Source: Octopus bimaculoides
Lineage: Eukaryota
Length of the DNA: 64,000 nt
Assembly: GCF_001194135.2 (NCBI RefSeq)
Contig: NC_068981.1
Location: 34,211,680 to 34,275,679 of the forward strand
Direction of reading: 5' to 3'
Every line of letters begins with the position of its first letter. Position 1 is the stretch's first letter. Made by a program: the position numbers and the translations under genes. The notes under the pieces were generated by a model. That model was not told the DNA's origin. It did not search any database and saw only the letters and a list, made by a program, of their open reading frames with translations. Shown here one piece after another: positions 12,246 to 24,685 of the stretch.

Positions 12246-12594
12246 CCCTATACATATGTCTCAGTGTTTTCTGGTGAGTCTGTATTTTCGTGTTAACATC
12301 ATATATAAATCATATACATTTTACGAATGATTAAAAATTACTTTCCCTTTATAACACTTTTTCGGTGTTTTGGGGGTTCCGGGAGGAGAAAGGAACTGGA
12401 AGTTATATTAAGCAAAATAGCGTATGTTTAACAGCAAATTAATCGAGTTATTTTATAACCACATTGCATTGTTTTCACTAAAATGGTTATATTTGCAAAA
12501 AAAAAAAACCCCAAAAAACAGTGAATTTAAGTATTAAGCAGATTATATATATATTAGTATGCATGCGCATATCTGTCTATCTATCTATCTATTA

Positions 12595-12869
12595 TTATAA
12601 AGTCTGGTAATTAGTCATATATTAATTAATATCGATTAATTATCAGGAGGCCAGCACATGTAAAGAATCAAAGAGATTCAGAAATATTATCTGCAATCTC
12701 AGGGGATTAAGGTACATTTTAAAAAAATAACGTCGACCACTAACGTGGACAATTAATGCGCTAGAAATAGATCACATCTTGTGTCTATTAAGACCTATTT
12801 TAGGTCTTAATAGACACAAGATGTGATCTATTTCTAGCGCATTAATTGTCCACGTTAGTGGTCGACGTT
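12595..12869. repeat. Fold-back repeat family F, copy 1 (69-bp perfect palindrome arms, 3-nt loop)
   Basis: 12729-12797 is the exact reverse complement of 12801-12869. The upstream flank and arm are homologous to 63700-63874. Confidence 0.85.
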
Positions 12870-13999
12870 NNNNNNNNNNNNNNNNNNNNNNNNNNNNNNN
12901 NNNNNNNNNNNNNNNNNNNNNNNNNNNNNNNNNNNNNNNNNNNNNNNNNNNNNNNNNNNNNNNNNNNNNNNNNNNNNNNNNNNNNNNNNNNNNNNNNNNN
13001 NNNNNNNNNNNNNNNNNNNNNNNNNNNNNNNNNNNNNNNNNNNNNNNNNNNNNNNNNNNNNNNNNNNNNNNNNNNNNNNNNNNNNNNNNNNNNNNNNNNN
13101 NNNNNNNNNNNNNNNNNNNNNNNNNNNNNNNNNNNNNNNNNNNNNNNNNNNNNNNNNNNNNNNNNNNNNNNNNNNNNNNNNNNNNNNNNNNNNNNNNNNN
13201 NNNNNNNNNNNNNNNNNNNNNNNNNNNNNNNNNNNNNNNNNNNNNNNNNNNNNNNNNNNNNNNNNNNNNNNNNNNNNNNNNNNNNNNNNNNNNNNNNNNN
13301 NNNNNNNNNNNNNNNNNNNNNNNNNNNNNNNNNNNNNNNNNNNNNNNNNNNNNNNNNNNNNNNNNNNNNNNNNNNNNNNNNNNNNNNNNNNNAAGACTTA
13401 CAACGAAAAAACACTTATGATGTAAATATGTTCGTAATTCAAAAGACAATGAAATGAAAAGGGCAAGTTTGAAGGCTGTTTTGCATAACATTATTAATCG
13501 TACATAAATTTCATCCGTCTAATTGGCTATACAAATGATATGTGCAAAACAACTTTTTGCACTGCCCTGATTATACATAGCATAGAATGTTCTGAGACGC
13601 CTTACGGGAGTCAAGAAACAAAAGGAAAATAGTGTAATAGATGCTTTTAAAAAGAAAAAAGGATTTTATCCCTTTTCGTAGGAGGTAGGATGGCAATTTC
13701 TGATGAAGCAATTGCTGGCGATCTGTTGCTACACATCTTTGCCAGAAGTCTAACAGATTGGGCAGAAGATGTTGATGCACCATTTTGCATTATGTTCAAA
13801 GTAGCTTCTGGAATGTGGTGAATTGCTGCAGTCTGTTGCTGTCTTTTTAAACCGGTTGCTTTCTTTCCCCAGCAAGCTCTCTTCTTTGGAAGCATAATCT
13901 ATATGTATATTAAACAGAACAACAAAAGTTATAATAGATGGCAGGGTCGGTAGTTTTCACATTTCGGTAATTTTGCGGATTAACATCCGCACGATTACT

Positions 14000-14094
14000 T
14001 AACCCTAACCCTAACCCTAAACCATAACCCTAAACCCTAACCGTAAAACCCTAATCCTGACCCTAAAACTGTAACCGTATCACTAACCCTAACC
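14000..14094. repeat. Interstitial degenerate telomere-type repeat (TAACCC)n
   Basis: TAACCCTAACCCTAACCCTAAACCATAACCCTAAACCCTAACC...; followed by a ~48-bp direct repeat at 14096 and 14489. Confidence 0.8.
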
Positions 14095-15540
14095 TGGTAA
14101 TCTTCAAGTTTAGGGAGTTAAAAAAAGAAAACAAAAAATATTCAAGGGAAATAACTGAATGACTTACCAGTATTGTCCGTACTACTCTGAAATGTGTTTT
14201 TTTAGCTGTTTATAAATAAATCACACATGTGTTTTTTTTGTTTTTTTTTACACACGGGTTTTTTTTTTCTAAAACAGCATGCGACAGAAGGAGATAACTT
14301 TGTCGATGGAAATGATAATGAAATTCAACAGATATTAGATATTTATTCAAGGGTCAGCATGCAGTTCTAGAAATTAACCTACTCAACATTATAAACGTCA
14401 GAAATGGCAGCCAAAAAATAAACGAATGTTTTTTTTCTTTTGGGGTTGAATTCCTTCATAGAAATTCATGTAGATAAGATGAAAATAAGGTAATCTTCAA
14501 GTTTAGGGAGGTAAAAAAAAGTAAATAAAAATATTCCGGTCTTCCACGAGGCATTTTCGATCTCTCAGTTAACTTCAATCAAATCACGTGTGTGATTTAT
14601 NNNNNNNNNNNNNNNNNNNNNNNNNNNNNNNNNNNNNNNNNNNNNNNNNNNNNNNNNNNNNNNNNNNNNNNNNNNNNNNNNNNNNNNNNNNNNNNNNNNN
14701 NNNNNNNNNNNNNNNNNNNNNNNNNNNNNNNNNNNNNNNNNNNNNNNNNNNNNNNNNNNNNNNNNNNNNNNNNNNNNNNNNNNNNNNNNNNNNNNNNNNN
14801 NNNNNNNNNNNNNNNNNNNNNNNNNNNNNNNNNNNNNNNNNNNNNNNNNNNNNNNNNNNNNNNNNNNNNNNNNNNNNNNNNNNNNNNNNNNNNNNNNNNN
14901 NNNNNNNNNNNNNNNNNNNNNNNNNNNNNNNNNNNNNNNNNNNNNNNNNNNNNNNNNNNNNNNNNNNNNNNNNNNNNNNNNNNNNNNNNNNNNNNNNNNN
15001 NNNNNNNNNNNNNNNNNNNNNNNNNNNNNNNNNNNNNNNNNNNNNNNNNNNNNNNNNNNNNNNNNNNNNNNNNNNNNNNNNNNNNNNNNNNNNNNNNNNN
15101 NNNNNNNNNNNNNNNNNNNNNNNNNNNNNNNNNNNNNNNNNNNNNNNNNNNNNNNNNNNNNNNNNNNNNNNNNNNNNNNNNNNNNNNNNNNNNNNNNNNN
15201 NNNNNNNNNNNNNNNNNNNNNNNNNNNNNNNNNNNNNNNNNNNNNNNNNNNNNNNNNNNNNNNNNNNNNNNNNNNNNNNNNNNNNNNNNNNNNNNNNNNN
15301 NNNNNNNNNNNNNNNNNNNNNNNNNNNNNNNNNNNNNNNNNNNNNNNNNNNNNNNNNNNNNNNNNNNNNNNNNNNNNNNNNNNNNNNNNNNNNNNNNNNN
15401 NNNNNNNNNNNNNNNNNNNNNNNNNNNNNNNNNNNNNNNNNNNNNNNNNNNNNNNNNNNNNNNNNATATATATATATATATAGATATATATACATAAAGA
15501 TACATACATACAAACATAAATACATATATTTACGCACTCA

Positions 15541-15575
<35 letters not shown>

Positions 15576-17095
15576 ATATATATTTGCACTGAACTGCATG
15601 GTGCATCGATAATAAATTTTGTGCGCACACTCAAACACATATGCAAAAATACATGCATACACACAAATCTACATGCATATATTCTTCTATACATATATGT
15701 ACACACACACACGCACACACACACATACACACACACGCGCACGCGCATATACATACGCATATGCGTGCATACAAGCTTACATACACACATAGCGCAGTTT
15801 TATGCTCATTAAATTTGGTGTTTTTCATGATAATTCCATTTTTTTTTTTATATTGGTGCTGTTGTTGTTTTGATGCTGTCGTTTGTTGTTGCTGCAAGAA
15901 TCAGGACCGATTTAATGCTGCATAACATGTCAGCTGCTGCAGCTACTGCAATATCAGAGCTTGTTGTGTAAACTGTAACCAGCCTATGCATTAAAATGTC
16001 TTTCTCTCTTTGCACTCGTCATCCCTCGCATCTGATTACCAACGCAACCAATTGCTGAATGCAATTCGAATTCCTAACAGACTCCCAAAGACTCTTCTTC
16101 TTTTCTATATTTCCTTACTGTTTTCTTTTTAGTTTTATATATTTCGGCTTTTTCGAAATTCTTTTTGTATTTCTTTCCATTTCTGTAAGTCTTCTGCTGT
16201 AAACGTGAATAACAGTGATATGGTTGTATAAAATCGCCTTGTGATACGATCACATTATAATAGTGACGTCATGCACAAAATTATTACTCATACGAGGTCA
16301 CGATTAGTTACTGTGGCTTTTGTACTTGCAAATATGCATATATATATATATATANNNNNNNNNNNNNNNNNNNNNNNNNNNNNNNNNNNNNNNNNNNNNN
16401 NNNNNNNNNNNNNNNNNNNNNNNNNNNNNNNNNNNNNNNNNNNNNNNNNNNNNNNNNNNNNNNNNNNNNNNNNNNNNNNNNNNNNNNNNNNNNNNNNNNN
16501 NNNNNNNNNNNNNNNNNNNNNNNNNNNNNNNNNNNNNNNNNNNNNNNNNNNNNNNNNNNNNNNNNNNNNNNNNNNNNNNNNNNNNNNNNNNNNNNNNNNN
16601 NNNNNNNNNNNNNNNNNNNNNNNNNNNNNNNNNNNNNNNNNNNNNNNNNNNNNNNNNNNNNNNNNNNNNNNNNNNNNNNNNNNNNNNNNNNNNNNNNNNN
16701 NNNNNNNNNNNNNNNNNNNNNNNNNNNNNNNNNNNNNNNNNNNNNNNNNNNNNNNNNNNNNNNNNNNNNNNNNNNNNNNNNNNNNNNNNNNNNNNNNNNN
16801 NNNNNNNNNNNNNNNNNNNNNNNNNNNNNNNNNNNNNNNNNNNNNNNNNNNNNNNNNNNNNNNNNNNNNNNNNNNNNNNNNNNNNNNNNNNNNNNNNNNN
16901 NNNNNNNNNNNNNNNNNNNNNNNNNNNNNNNNNNNNNNNNNNNNNNNNNNNNNNNNNNNNNNNNNNNNNNNNNNNNNNNNNNNNNTATATATATATATAT
17001 GCACATATACATACAACATATATACACATATATATACACTCAAGTATATGTATATTCTATTTTCCATCTACATAGCCATATTTCTCTCTCTCTCG

Positions 17096-17132
<37 letters not shown>

Positions 17133-17307
17133 GTAATATATATATATAGAGAGAGAGAGAGAGACAGAGAGACAGAGAGAGACAGAGAGACAGAGAGAAA
17201 GAAGGGATAGAATTTATATATTTGTTTTGCATGTATGTATATGTATATATATACGATATGTATGTATGCATATATACGTATGTGTGTATATATATATATG
17301 TGTGTGT

Positions 17308-17420
<113 letters not shown>

Positions 17421-18063
17421 TGTGCGACCGTGTGTGTATGTATGTATATGTATATACATATACGAAGTGGCCCAAAATCTGGATCTATAAAAATAGAATC
17501 AAATGTTGAAACTTGTGATTCCAACATCTAAGTATCTGATTCTGCTGAATGCATGAACTTTGACCTCATCTTAATATATATCTGTGCTGATCTTATCAGA
17601 AATGGATGTGATTGCACAGTTTAGTGCATCGATATTTCTGGATCGTTTCACGTAGACTGCTAACTTTGGATGGCAACAAGGAAAAAAATATAGCAAACGA
17701 AATAGCATCAGGTCTGGAGCTCAATGTGGTTTGTTAAATAGACCTCGTCTCCTAATCCTGCTTCCTTGATCGATTTATGTAAATGATATCTCACTCTAAG
17801 AGAAAAACATAGTAGAAGACTGACTTGCACAAACCGAAAGAATTCTATCTGATTTGGGGATAAGAAATGATTGTAATATGGAGATTTTCCTCCTGTAATG
17901 TTATTGTAAAAATGTATTGAAGTATTAAAATAAGCAATAAAATATAAAATGCGATATATAATATAAATACAAAATAGAATATAAGGCAAATCTCCTTTCA
18001 GATTCTATGGCTGTCTCTGAGTTTGTCTGTCTGTCCGACTCTCTCTCTCACTTTCTCTACTTC

Positions 18064-18121
<58 letters not shown>

Positions 18122-18148
18122 ACTTCGCTCTCATGTGTCTATTCCCTG

Positions 18149-18383
18149 CTGAGGTTACCATGGTCTTTTCCGTAGGCTTTTTTCTCCATGGATAAACCTA
18201 ATGTTACCCCATTTTACATAATTGACATTTTCTGTGATATACGATACCCCCTTTTTTTCTATCTTTTTTTACCCCTTTTGATCGGATTTTTTTTTGTTTT
18301 TTGTTTTTTATTTTTTTTAAAGAAAAGCTCTACAGTTTTATTTGTCCCCTCTGTGTGCAGCCCTGTGTGGCTAATAAAAGAAA
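18149..18383 (+). mobile_element. Tx1/L1 3' UTR fragment (same family as 11291-12155)
   Basis: GAGGTTACCATGGTCTTTTCCGTAGGCTTT...TTTGTCCCCTCTGTGTG...AATAAAAGAAA matches 11912-12155; same (TCTA)n and (TC)n flanks. Confidence 0.85.
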
Positions 18384-18719
18384 GTTATCTCACTCTCTCT
18401 TACTCTCTCTCTATATCTCTCTCTTTCTCTGAAGCTTGTTTATCTCGCTTGTTTACCTTCCTAAGGAATCTGGTCAAAGTTTCCACCCGCTTGAGAGCCT
18501 CCTGCGTTTAAGGTCGCACAGTCTGAGCTTCAAACAGAACCAGTTGTCTCGCGATAAATGCGGACATCCTGCAGTAATGACAATCACATTGTGTACTAAT
18601 GCACTTATAATCGGTTTTGTTACAACATGAGGAAGTTCATATAGTCATGTGGATACGCCTGTGAGTGAAGGACATATTATTCACCCTGAATTAAAGCATT
18701 ATTCTCACGACAGAGAATA

Positions 18720-18960
18720 ACCCACGTCTGCTACCATCCAGTTGATCACTGATGTCATCCATCACCAGTTTGTCCAGAACATTTTACATGCTATAATAGA
18801 ATATCTCCTTATCTTTCCGTATCGCAGCTTCTTTCGCTTTAGCGTGTCTGGTTATGAGTCTTGCTAAAATGATCCGGTCATTTACTGATCTACGCCTGAT
18901 TCTTGCTCTTGTTGCATTCTCACTCAAGATTATGCCAAATTCTTGGGTATGATGTTTTTT
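18720..18960 (-). mobile_element. RTE-clade LINE, AP-endonuclease fragment
   Basis: Minus strand reads FGIILSENATRA...SVNDRIILARL..RH and DKEIFY...VLDK...DDI, like the RTE APE pattern GVGIIL...PV.DRII.AR...K..FY..LQ.VLD. Confidence 0.6.
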
Positions 18961-18979
18961 CCTAGTCAGTCGACCTCTT

Positions 18980-19345
18980 CAACTTAAGCCGAAAGAGGCC
19001 TTGGGTGGATCACCTGCATGCAACGGAAGAGGACATCTTAACAAAAAATGTGGGGCTACTTGAGATAACTGTGTAACTACTTAAGTATGGAGCTGTTACT
19101 ATAAAAGAGTCGGGACATTGTTGAGCTTAATATGTCACAAAAAGCAAGTCTTTGAGGCCAGGAATAACGGAATAATTGTAACATTGACTAAGAGAGGATC
19201 TCTAAGTGAGTATAGCAACTGGAACCCATCTGTCTGTCAATAGCAATATGTTTCTTAATGTTCTTGCCCTGTGAAGAAGGCAGCTGATGAACATTTACGA
19301 TAGAAGCAAGCGGGATTCAAGAGCGGAATATCGTGCAGTGAAGAA
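18980..19345 (+). mobile_element. RTE-clade LINE, RT N-terminal fragment
   Basis: LLKYG, IVTLTKRGSLSEYSNW, EHLR*KQAGFKSGISC (cf. LR.EQAGFR.GRSC). Confidence 0.6.
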
Positions 19346-20542
19346 ACTTGTTATGCAATATCAATTAATATTTACTGTGAGACTCTTTGTCTCTAGGACA
19401 TCGACAAATATGTTCACGCATGCTTTTGATCAAACTTCTATAATAACCTGAAGTTATTTCCTATGTCTAAAGTCAAATCTGTTTTAAATCTTAAACTGAT
19501 GAAACATTATGTGCTGCAATTTTCTTTTTTATATTGTCACATGCATTTTATATAAGCTTCAACTCAGCTTTGCATTCATTTTACAGAATGACAAGGCATA
19601 CCTCTTTCTTAAAATATAATTAGGTAAGTAGGCAATTTCTGGAGAATTCTCAGGTAGGTTTTAAAGCTCAAAGATATTCAAAGATATTCAAATACTATTT
19701 TGCAGAAATTGTCCGCTTATCACACTGGAGACACAGCGCTGGACTATTGCGAGTGTTATACAAGAACCATGAATTTGATGAATGGCAGACATCAGCAGCA
19801 CTATATGCGCATTGCTTAATAGATCTTTTATCAATAAACATGAATTTAAACCTGTCTTCTTTAGTGCAATTTTTAAAAAATTACAGACTATCCCCTGTGT
19901 CTCCTCGTGAGAAATTTCTATTTTTTGTTGGATGAGTGCAACTAGATCGAAGTCAAATTGTCTTAATTCTACATTTTGCTTTGCTACAAACTTTGCTACA
20001 TATAGTACTGGTAGATGTAAATGAGAATATAAGAAAAATTCGATGAGATATACGTTTAATTAAAAACAATTGCGGTACGAGACCTACGCGATTTGTCAAA
20101 TGATTTGTATACATCTGTATGACCAAATCGATACAAAACCTTCTGGACAGAACCAAACGATACCTTTAGTTCGTGTGATATTTTCCTGGTCGTGAATTAA
20201 CAATTTGTGTCCATTTTTCAGCTTCTATTACATACATTTCTAAAATATTAAAGTACCTTCTACTATCTTAAATATCAAATGCAAGAGAAATTTACATAAT
20301 ATTTAATCATTCACATCTAATAATATGTTGTAATATAAATCAATTAATTTTGTCTCTTGTAAATATCTATTAGATAATTTGTTTTATAAGTTTATATCAA
20401 AAGATATTTAGAAAAATATAAATTTTTGTAATTGAATTCCAATTTCTGACCAGAAATATGTGTGCATGTATATATCTATATGTGTGTGTGTTGTTTGTGT
20501 GTATGTATATATATATACATGCACACACACACACACACACAC

Positions 20543-20581
<39 letters not shown>

Positions 20582-20949
20582 TATANNNNNNNNNNNNNNN
20601 NNNNNNNNNNNNNNNNNNNNNNNNNNNNNNNNNNNNNNNNNNNNNNNNNNNNNNNNNNNNNNNNNNNNNNNNNNNNNNNNNNNNNNNNNNNNNNNNNNNN
20701 NNNNNNNNNNNNNNNNNNNNNNNNNNNNNNNNNNNNNNNNNNNNNNNNNNNNNNNNNNNNNNNNNNNNNNNNNNNNNNNNNNNNNNNNNNNNNNNNNNNN
20801 NNNNNNNNNNNNNNNNNNNNNNNNNNNNNNNNNNNNNNNNNNNNNNNNNNNNNNNNNNNNNNNNNNNNNNNNNNNNNNNNNNNNNNNNNNNNNNNNNNNN
20901 NNNNNNNNNNNNNNNNNTATATACTGAAACAACAGCTAACAACAGCTAA

Positions 20950-21700
20950 ACCAATCAGCTGTAGACGTGAATGATATACCTCGACTTTGCCAAGGCTTTC
21001 GACAAGGTTGATCATGGCATATGTCACAGTCTGCGAAACCTTGGTATTATTGGGAAACTCGGAAACTGGCTGCATGACTTTCTGAAGGGCAGGAGTCAGA
21101 CAGTTGTAGCCAATGGTGCTCACTCTGAAGAGACACCAATTCTCAGCGGAGTCCCACAGGGAACAGTACTGGGGCCACTCCTATTTGTTTGTGGTAGCCC
21201 TCTCAGACATGCCCTCCGTGGTACAGTCAGCCAATCTGACCAGTTATGCTGACGACACAAAAGTATCGCAGGCAGTTAGGAACTCCGAGGACATCATAAA
21301 ACTGCAGAAAGATCAGAATGAAATATACAAATGGGCTAACGAAAATAACATGCAATTCAATGCTATAAAATTTTAGGCACTCCACTATCGGCCCAACACC
21401 AGACTAAAATCGGAAAACACTGAACCCGTAGGTAATACAACCTGGGGGTTCACATGATCAATGGTGCAACATTCCATGTGCATATTAATAAGATGGCAAC
21501 TCTGTGCAGACGAGTGGTTGGCTGGATTCTGAGGACATTCAGAACCAGGAAAAAGGAGACCCTGCTACTCCTATGGATGACTTTCGTTCTCAGCCGCTTG
21601 GACTACTGCTCCCAACTACGGTCCCCAGAGAGTGTGAAACGAACTCTGGAACTCGAAGCAATCCAGCGCCAATACACAAAGAAGATTGACTCGATGTAAA
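20950..21700 (+). mobile_element. CR1-clade LINE, RT fragment (frameshifted)
   Basis: IYLDFAKAFDKVDHG, SGVPQGTVLGPLLF, YADDTK, LSRLDYCSQL, LEAIQRQYTKKI. Confidence 0.93.
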
Positions 21701-21704
21701 AGAT

Positions 21705-21890
21705 GGGCTACCCCATCATTTCATTTTTGTCTTGCTATTACATGTTTTATTATGAACTCCCTGAAGAGAAATAAATGAGGAACCCCAACAGCTCTTTCTT
21801 CTTTGTAATAGAACTCTCATTTATTTCGAAACATGTGTAGGAATTAAAGGAACTTTTATTGACATGCATTTTGCTCCATTTATTATTATC
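21705..21890 (+). mobile_element. Repeat family G (probable Penelope pseudo-LTR) containing the hammerhead
   Basis: TACCCCATCATTT...TTTTGCTCCATTT is homologous to 50407-50582. Confidence 0.65.
21755..21845 (+). ncRNA. Type I hammerhead ribozyme fold (family G, copy 1)
   Basis: Stem I AACTCC/GGAATT (5 of 6 bp); core CTGAAGA at 21761-21767; stem II GAAATAAATGAG/CTCATTTATTTC (12 perfect bp); GAAA at 21828-21831; stem III ACATGTGT; GUA cleavage triplet at 21837-21839. Confidence 0.8.
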
Positions 21891-23579
21891 CATATCTTCT
21901 CAAAATGTATCACTTTAACTTGGTATCTCTACCTGTAAAACGGTTGTGAAATCTTGTTTTTTAGTGTAATTTTGCTACCTCTGGTAACTATTAACGTATT
22001 TAATTTATCGAAAGTTTTAATAACTGCGATAATATTAATATATACATAAACTAATATATATNNNNNNNNNNNNNNNNNNNNNNNNNNNNNNNNNNNNNNN
22101 NNNNNNNNNNNNNNNNNNNNNNNNNNNNNNNNNNNNNNNNNNNNNNNNNNNNNNNNNNNNNNNNNNNNNNNNNNNNNNNNNNNNNNNNNNNNNNNNNNNN
22201 NNNNNNNNNNNNNNNNNNNNNNNNNNNNNNNNNNNNNNNNNNNNNNNNNNNNNNNNNNNNNNNNNNNNNNNNNNNNNNNNNNNNNNNNNNNNNNNNNNNN
22301 NNNNNNNNNNNNNNNNNNNNNNNNNNNNNNNNNNNNNNNNNNNNNNNNNNNNNNNNNNNNNNNNNNNNNNNNNNNNNNNNNNNNNNNNNNNNNNNNNNNN
22401 NNNNNNNNNNNNNNNNNNNNNNNNNNNNNNNNNNNNNNNNNNNNNNNNNNNNNNNNNNNNNNNNNNNNNNNNNNNNNNNNNNNNTATATATATATATATA
22501 TATATATATTTTAAGTTCGGTTACAGAAAACGCTTTGTACCTGCGTATCAAAGACTATTATTCTATTTAAGAAAGTATCAGTTGTCAACTCAGACAATGA
22601 ACTCCAACAACTGGATGGCTGTAGTGGCTGTACTTGCTTAGACAACTTCTTATTTCATTGAGGAGGGGTTTGCTGTTAATAAAATCAAACAAAGAAACCA
22701 TACTACCTAACCGGACATCTGCATACTTAAACAACAACATAACCACACACATACACCTCCATCTAATTATGCCTATCATTCCTTCCTTTCTTTCCATCAT
22801 CTTCCACCCCTCACCACCAAATACATACAGAAATGCCCACATACTACAATCAACCTTCTCATGTGTCAAAATCGGTAAACAACCCTCAGTTAAACATCCG
22901 TTCATGCTTTTGCCCGAAGAAATGAACGCATGAACATGTTCTACCCGACGTCAATGAATACTACGGACTGCATTGCAATCATGCCAGGAATACGGACTAT
23001 GATCTTAAGAAACATGTGAATTGTGGAAACGCGCGTAGCGATGCATTAAACTATTCATAAGTTCCACCCAAAGATTATTATTGTTATCATATATGTGTGT
23101 GTGTGTGTGCACGCACGCGTGTGTGTAATTGTATCAACCAGACTATTATTGACCAGACTATCGATACTGTTATACATCGCTGGTCACAATGTCTTCCACT
23201 TGTTATTGTAGCTTTCAAATGATGCTAACCCCTGAACGAAATGCTAGTCCGTCGCAAGGTTACTCAAGGTTACTCAATTACAGCTGAATGGACTGGAGCA
23301 ACTTGAAATAAAGTGCTTTACTGAAGAAGACAAACGTTCTGGCACCCTGGGAATGGAAACCACGTTCTTGCGAGCAACACTCTAACCACAAGGACACGCA
23401 TCTTCCCACAAACACACACACATATGCGCGCGCACACACACACACATATGTGACATAACATCAGAGCTGGTTGTACTTATTAATAATAATCATACAGTTT
23501 GGAATTGGTGTGGCAACTGTACTCTGAATTATTCATGAAGAGCTGAACATGCACAAAATTTGCACAAAGTTTTTTTTAC

Positions 23580-23990
23580 TCCAGGTGCTCAGTGGCGAAC
23601 AGAAGGACACGTCAGCCACATCGGGGTGTTGGTTGAGCTCATTACTTCCAGTCCAAGCGTATTTGAGTCTCTGGTGACCTGTGAGGAAAGCTGGTTCTAC
23701 TGTTATAATCCGGAGACTAAGAGATAGAGTGCCCAGTCGAAGTATTCTGGATCCTTCAGACCTACGAAGTTCAGACCGGAATCCTCATGGTGATCCTCTT
23801 TTTCGACTGCAAAGCCATCATCTACATCCACCATGGTTCCCTCTTGCCAGATGGTCAACAAGAAGTACTTCGTGGAAGTTTTGAGTTAGTTCAGGAAGAG
23901 ATTTCATCGCAAAAGGCTCTTCCACTCGAGTCTGTGGCGCCTGCACCAGAACAGTGCACCAATCCACAATTTCATCTTGGTAACTAAGAC
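23580..23990 (+). mobile_element. Decayed mariner (Tc1/mariner) transposase fragment
   Basis: LVTCEESWFYCYNPETKR*SAQ (cf. IVTGDETWVYCYDPETKRQSSQ), MVILFFDCKAII, VNKKYFVEVL, LHQNSAPIH (cf. LHQDNAPxH). Confidence 0.85.
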
Positions 23991-24464
23991 AGTTGACGGC
24001 GCCAGGGAGCCGGGGTTCTTTTGGGAGGGGAATGTAAACATCACATGATTCGGAAGGCGTGTGTAGGCCATGAGCACTACGCCTTCTGAATTAAGGGCTT
24101 CTCAAATGTGTGCAGTGGATGTTCAGTAGGTCAACTTGAAAGTAAATTTTGAAGTTACTTTATATAGAGAGAGTATATTTCAATGAAAAATGTGCAGTAA
24201 ATATGGTTTGTGTGTGCGTGTGCGTGTGTGTGTATATGTGTGCGCCTGTGTGTGTGAATGTATATTTGTGCATGTGTATGGATGTACGCGCGCGCGCGCA
24301 CACACACATTAGCATGTAAATATTGGGTTGAAAACCCTTCAACTTGTCGTTTTCTATTCAGAAGGATTTTTCAAACCAATATTTACATATTATTTATAGC
24401 TTCATATCTACTTCAAAATCTAATTAAAAAACAAAGAATCACTTCATGTTCTCTTGGAAGTTTA

Positions 24465-24632
24465 CAGGAGTGGCTGTGTGGTAAGTAGCTTGCTTACCAA
24501 CTACATGGTTCTGGATTCATTCCCACTGCGTGGCACCTTGGGCAAGTGTCCTCTACTATAGTCTCGGGCCGACCAAAGCCTTGTGAGTGGATTTGGTAGA
24601 CGGAAAACTGAAAGAAGCCCGTCGTATATATG

Positions 24633-24685
<53 letters not shown>
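24465..24685 (+). mobile_element. SINE family C (CORE-type) 5' half running into (TA)n(TG)n and a gap
   Basis: GGAGTGGCTGTGTGGTAAG head, ACCTTGGGCAAGTGTC CORE-like motif, GGATTTGGTAGACGGAAA.CTGAAAGAAGCCCGTCG, then microsatellite. Confidence 0.85.

Noticed and set aside
12620-12650. Family F minus-strand CTGATAA-TTAATC-GATA-TTAATTAA-TA as a mini-hammerhead
   Set aside because: Both copies have GATA rather than GAAA, the cores differ from CUGANGA, and no stem I forms.
13647-13895. 82-aa ORF MLPKKRACWGKK...
   Set aside because: No recognisable motif; adjacent to an unclassified repeat and may be part of it.
22585-22740. Possible RT fragment (ELQQL...GLLLIKSNKET)
   Set aside because: Resemblance too weak to assign.
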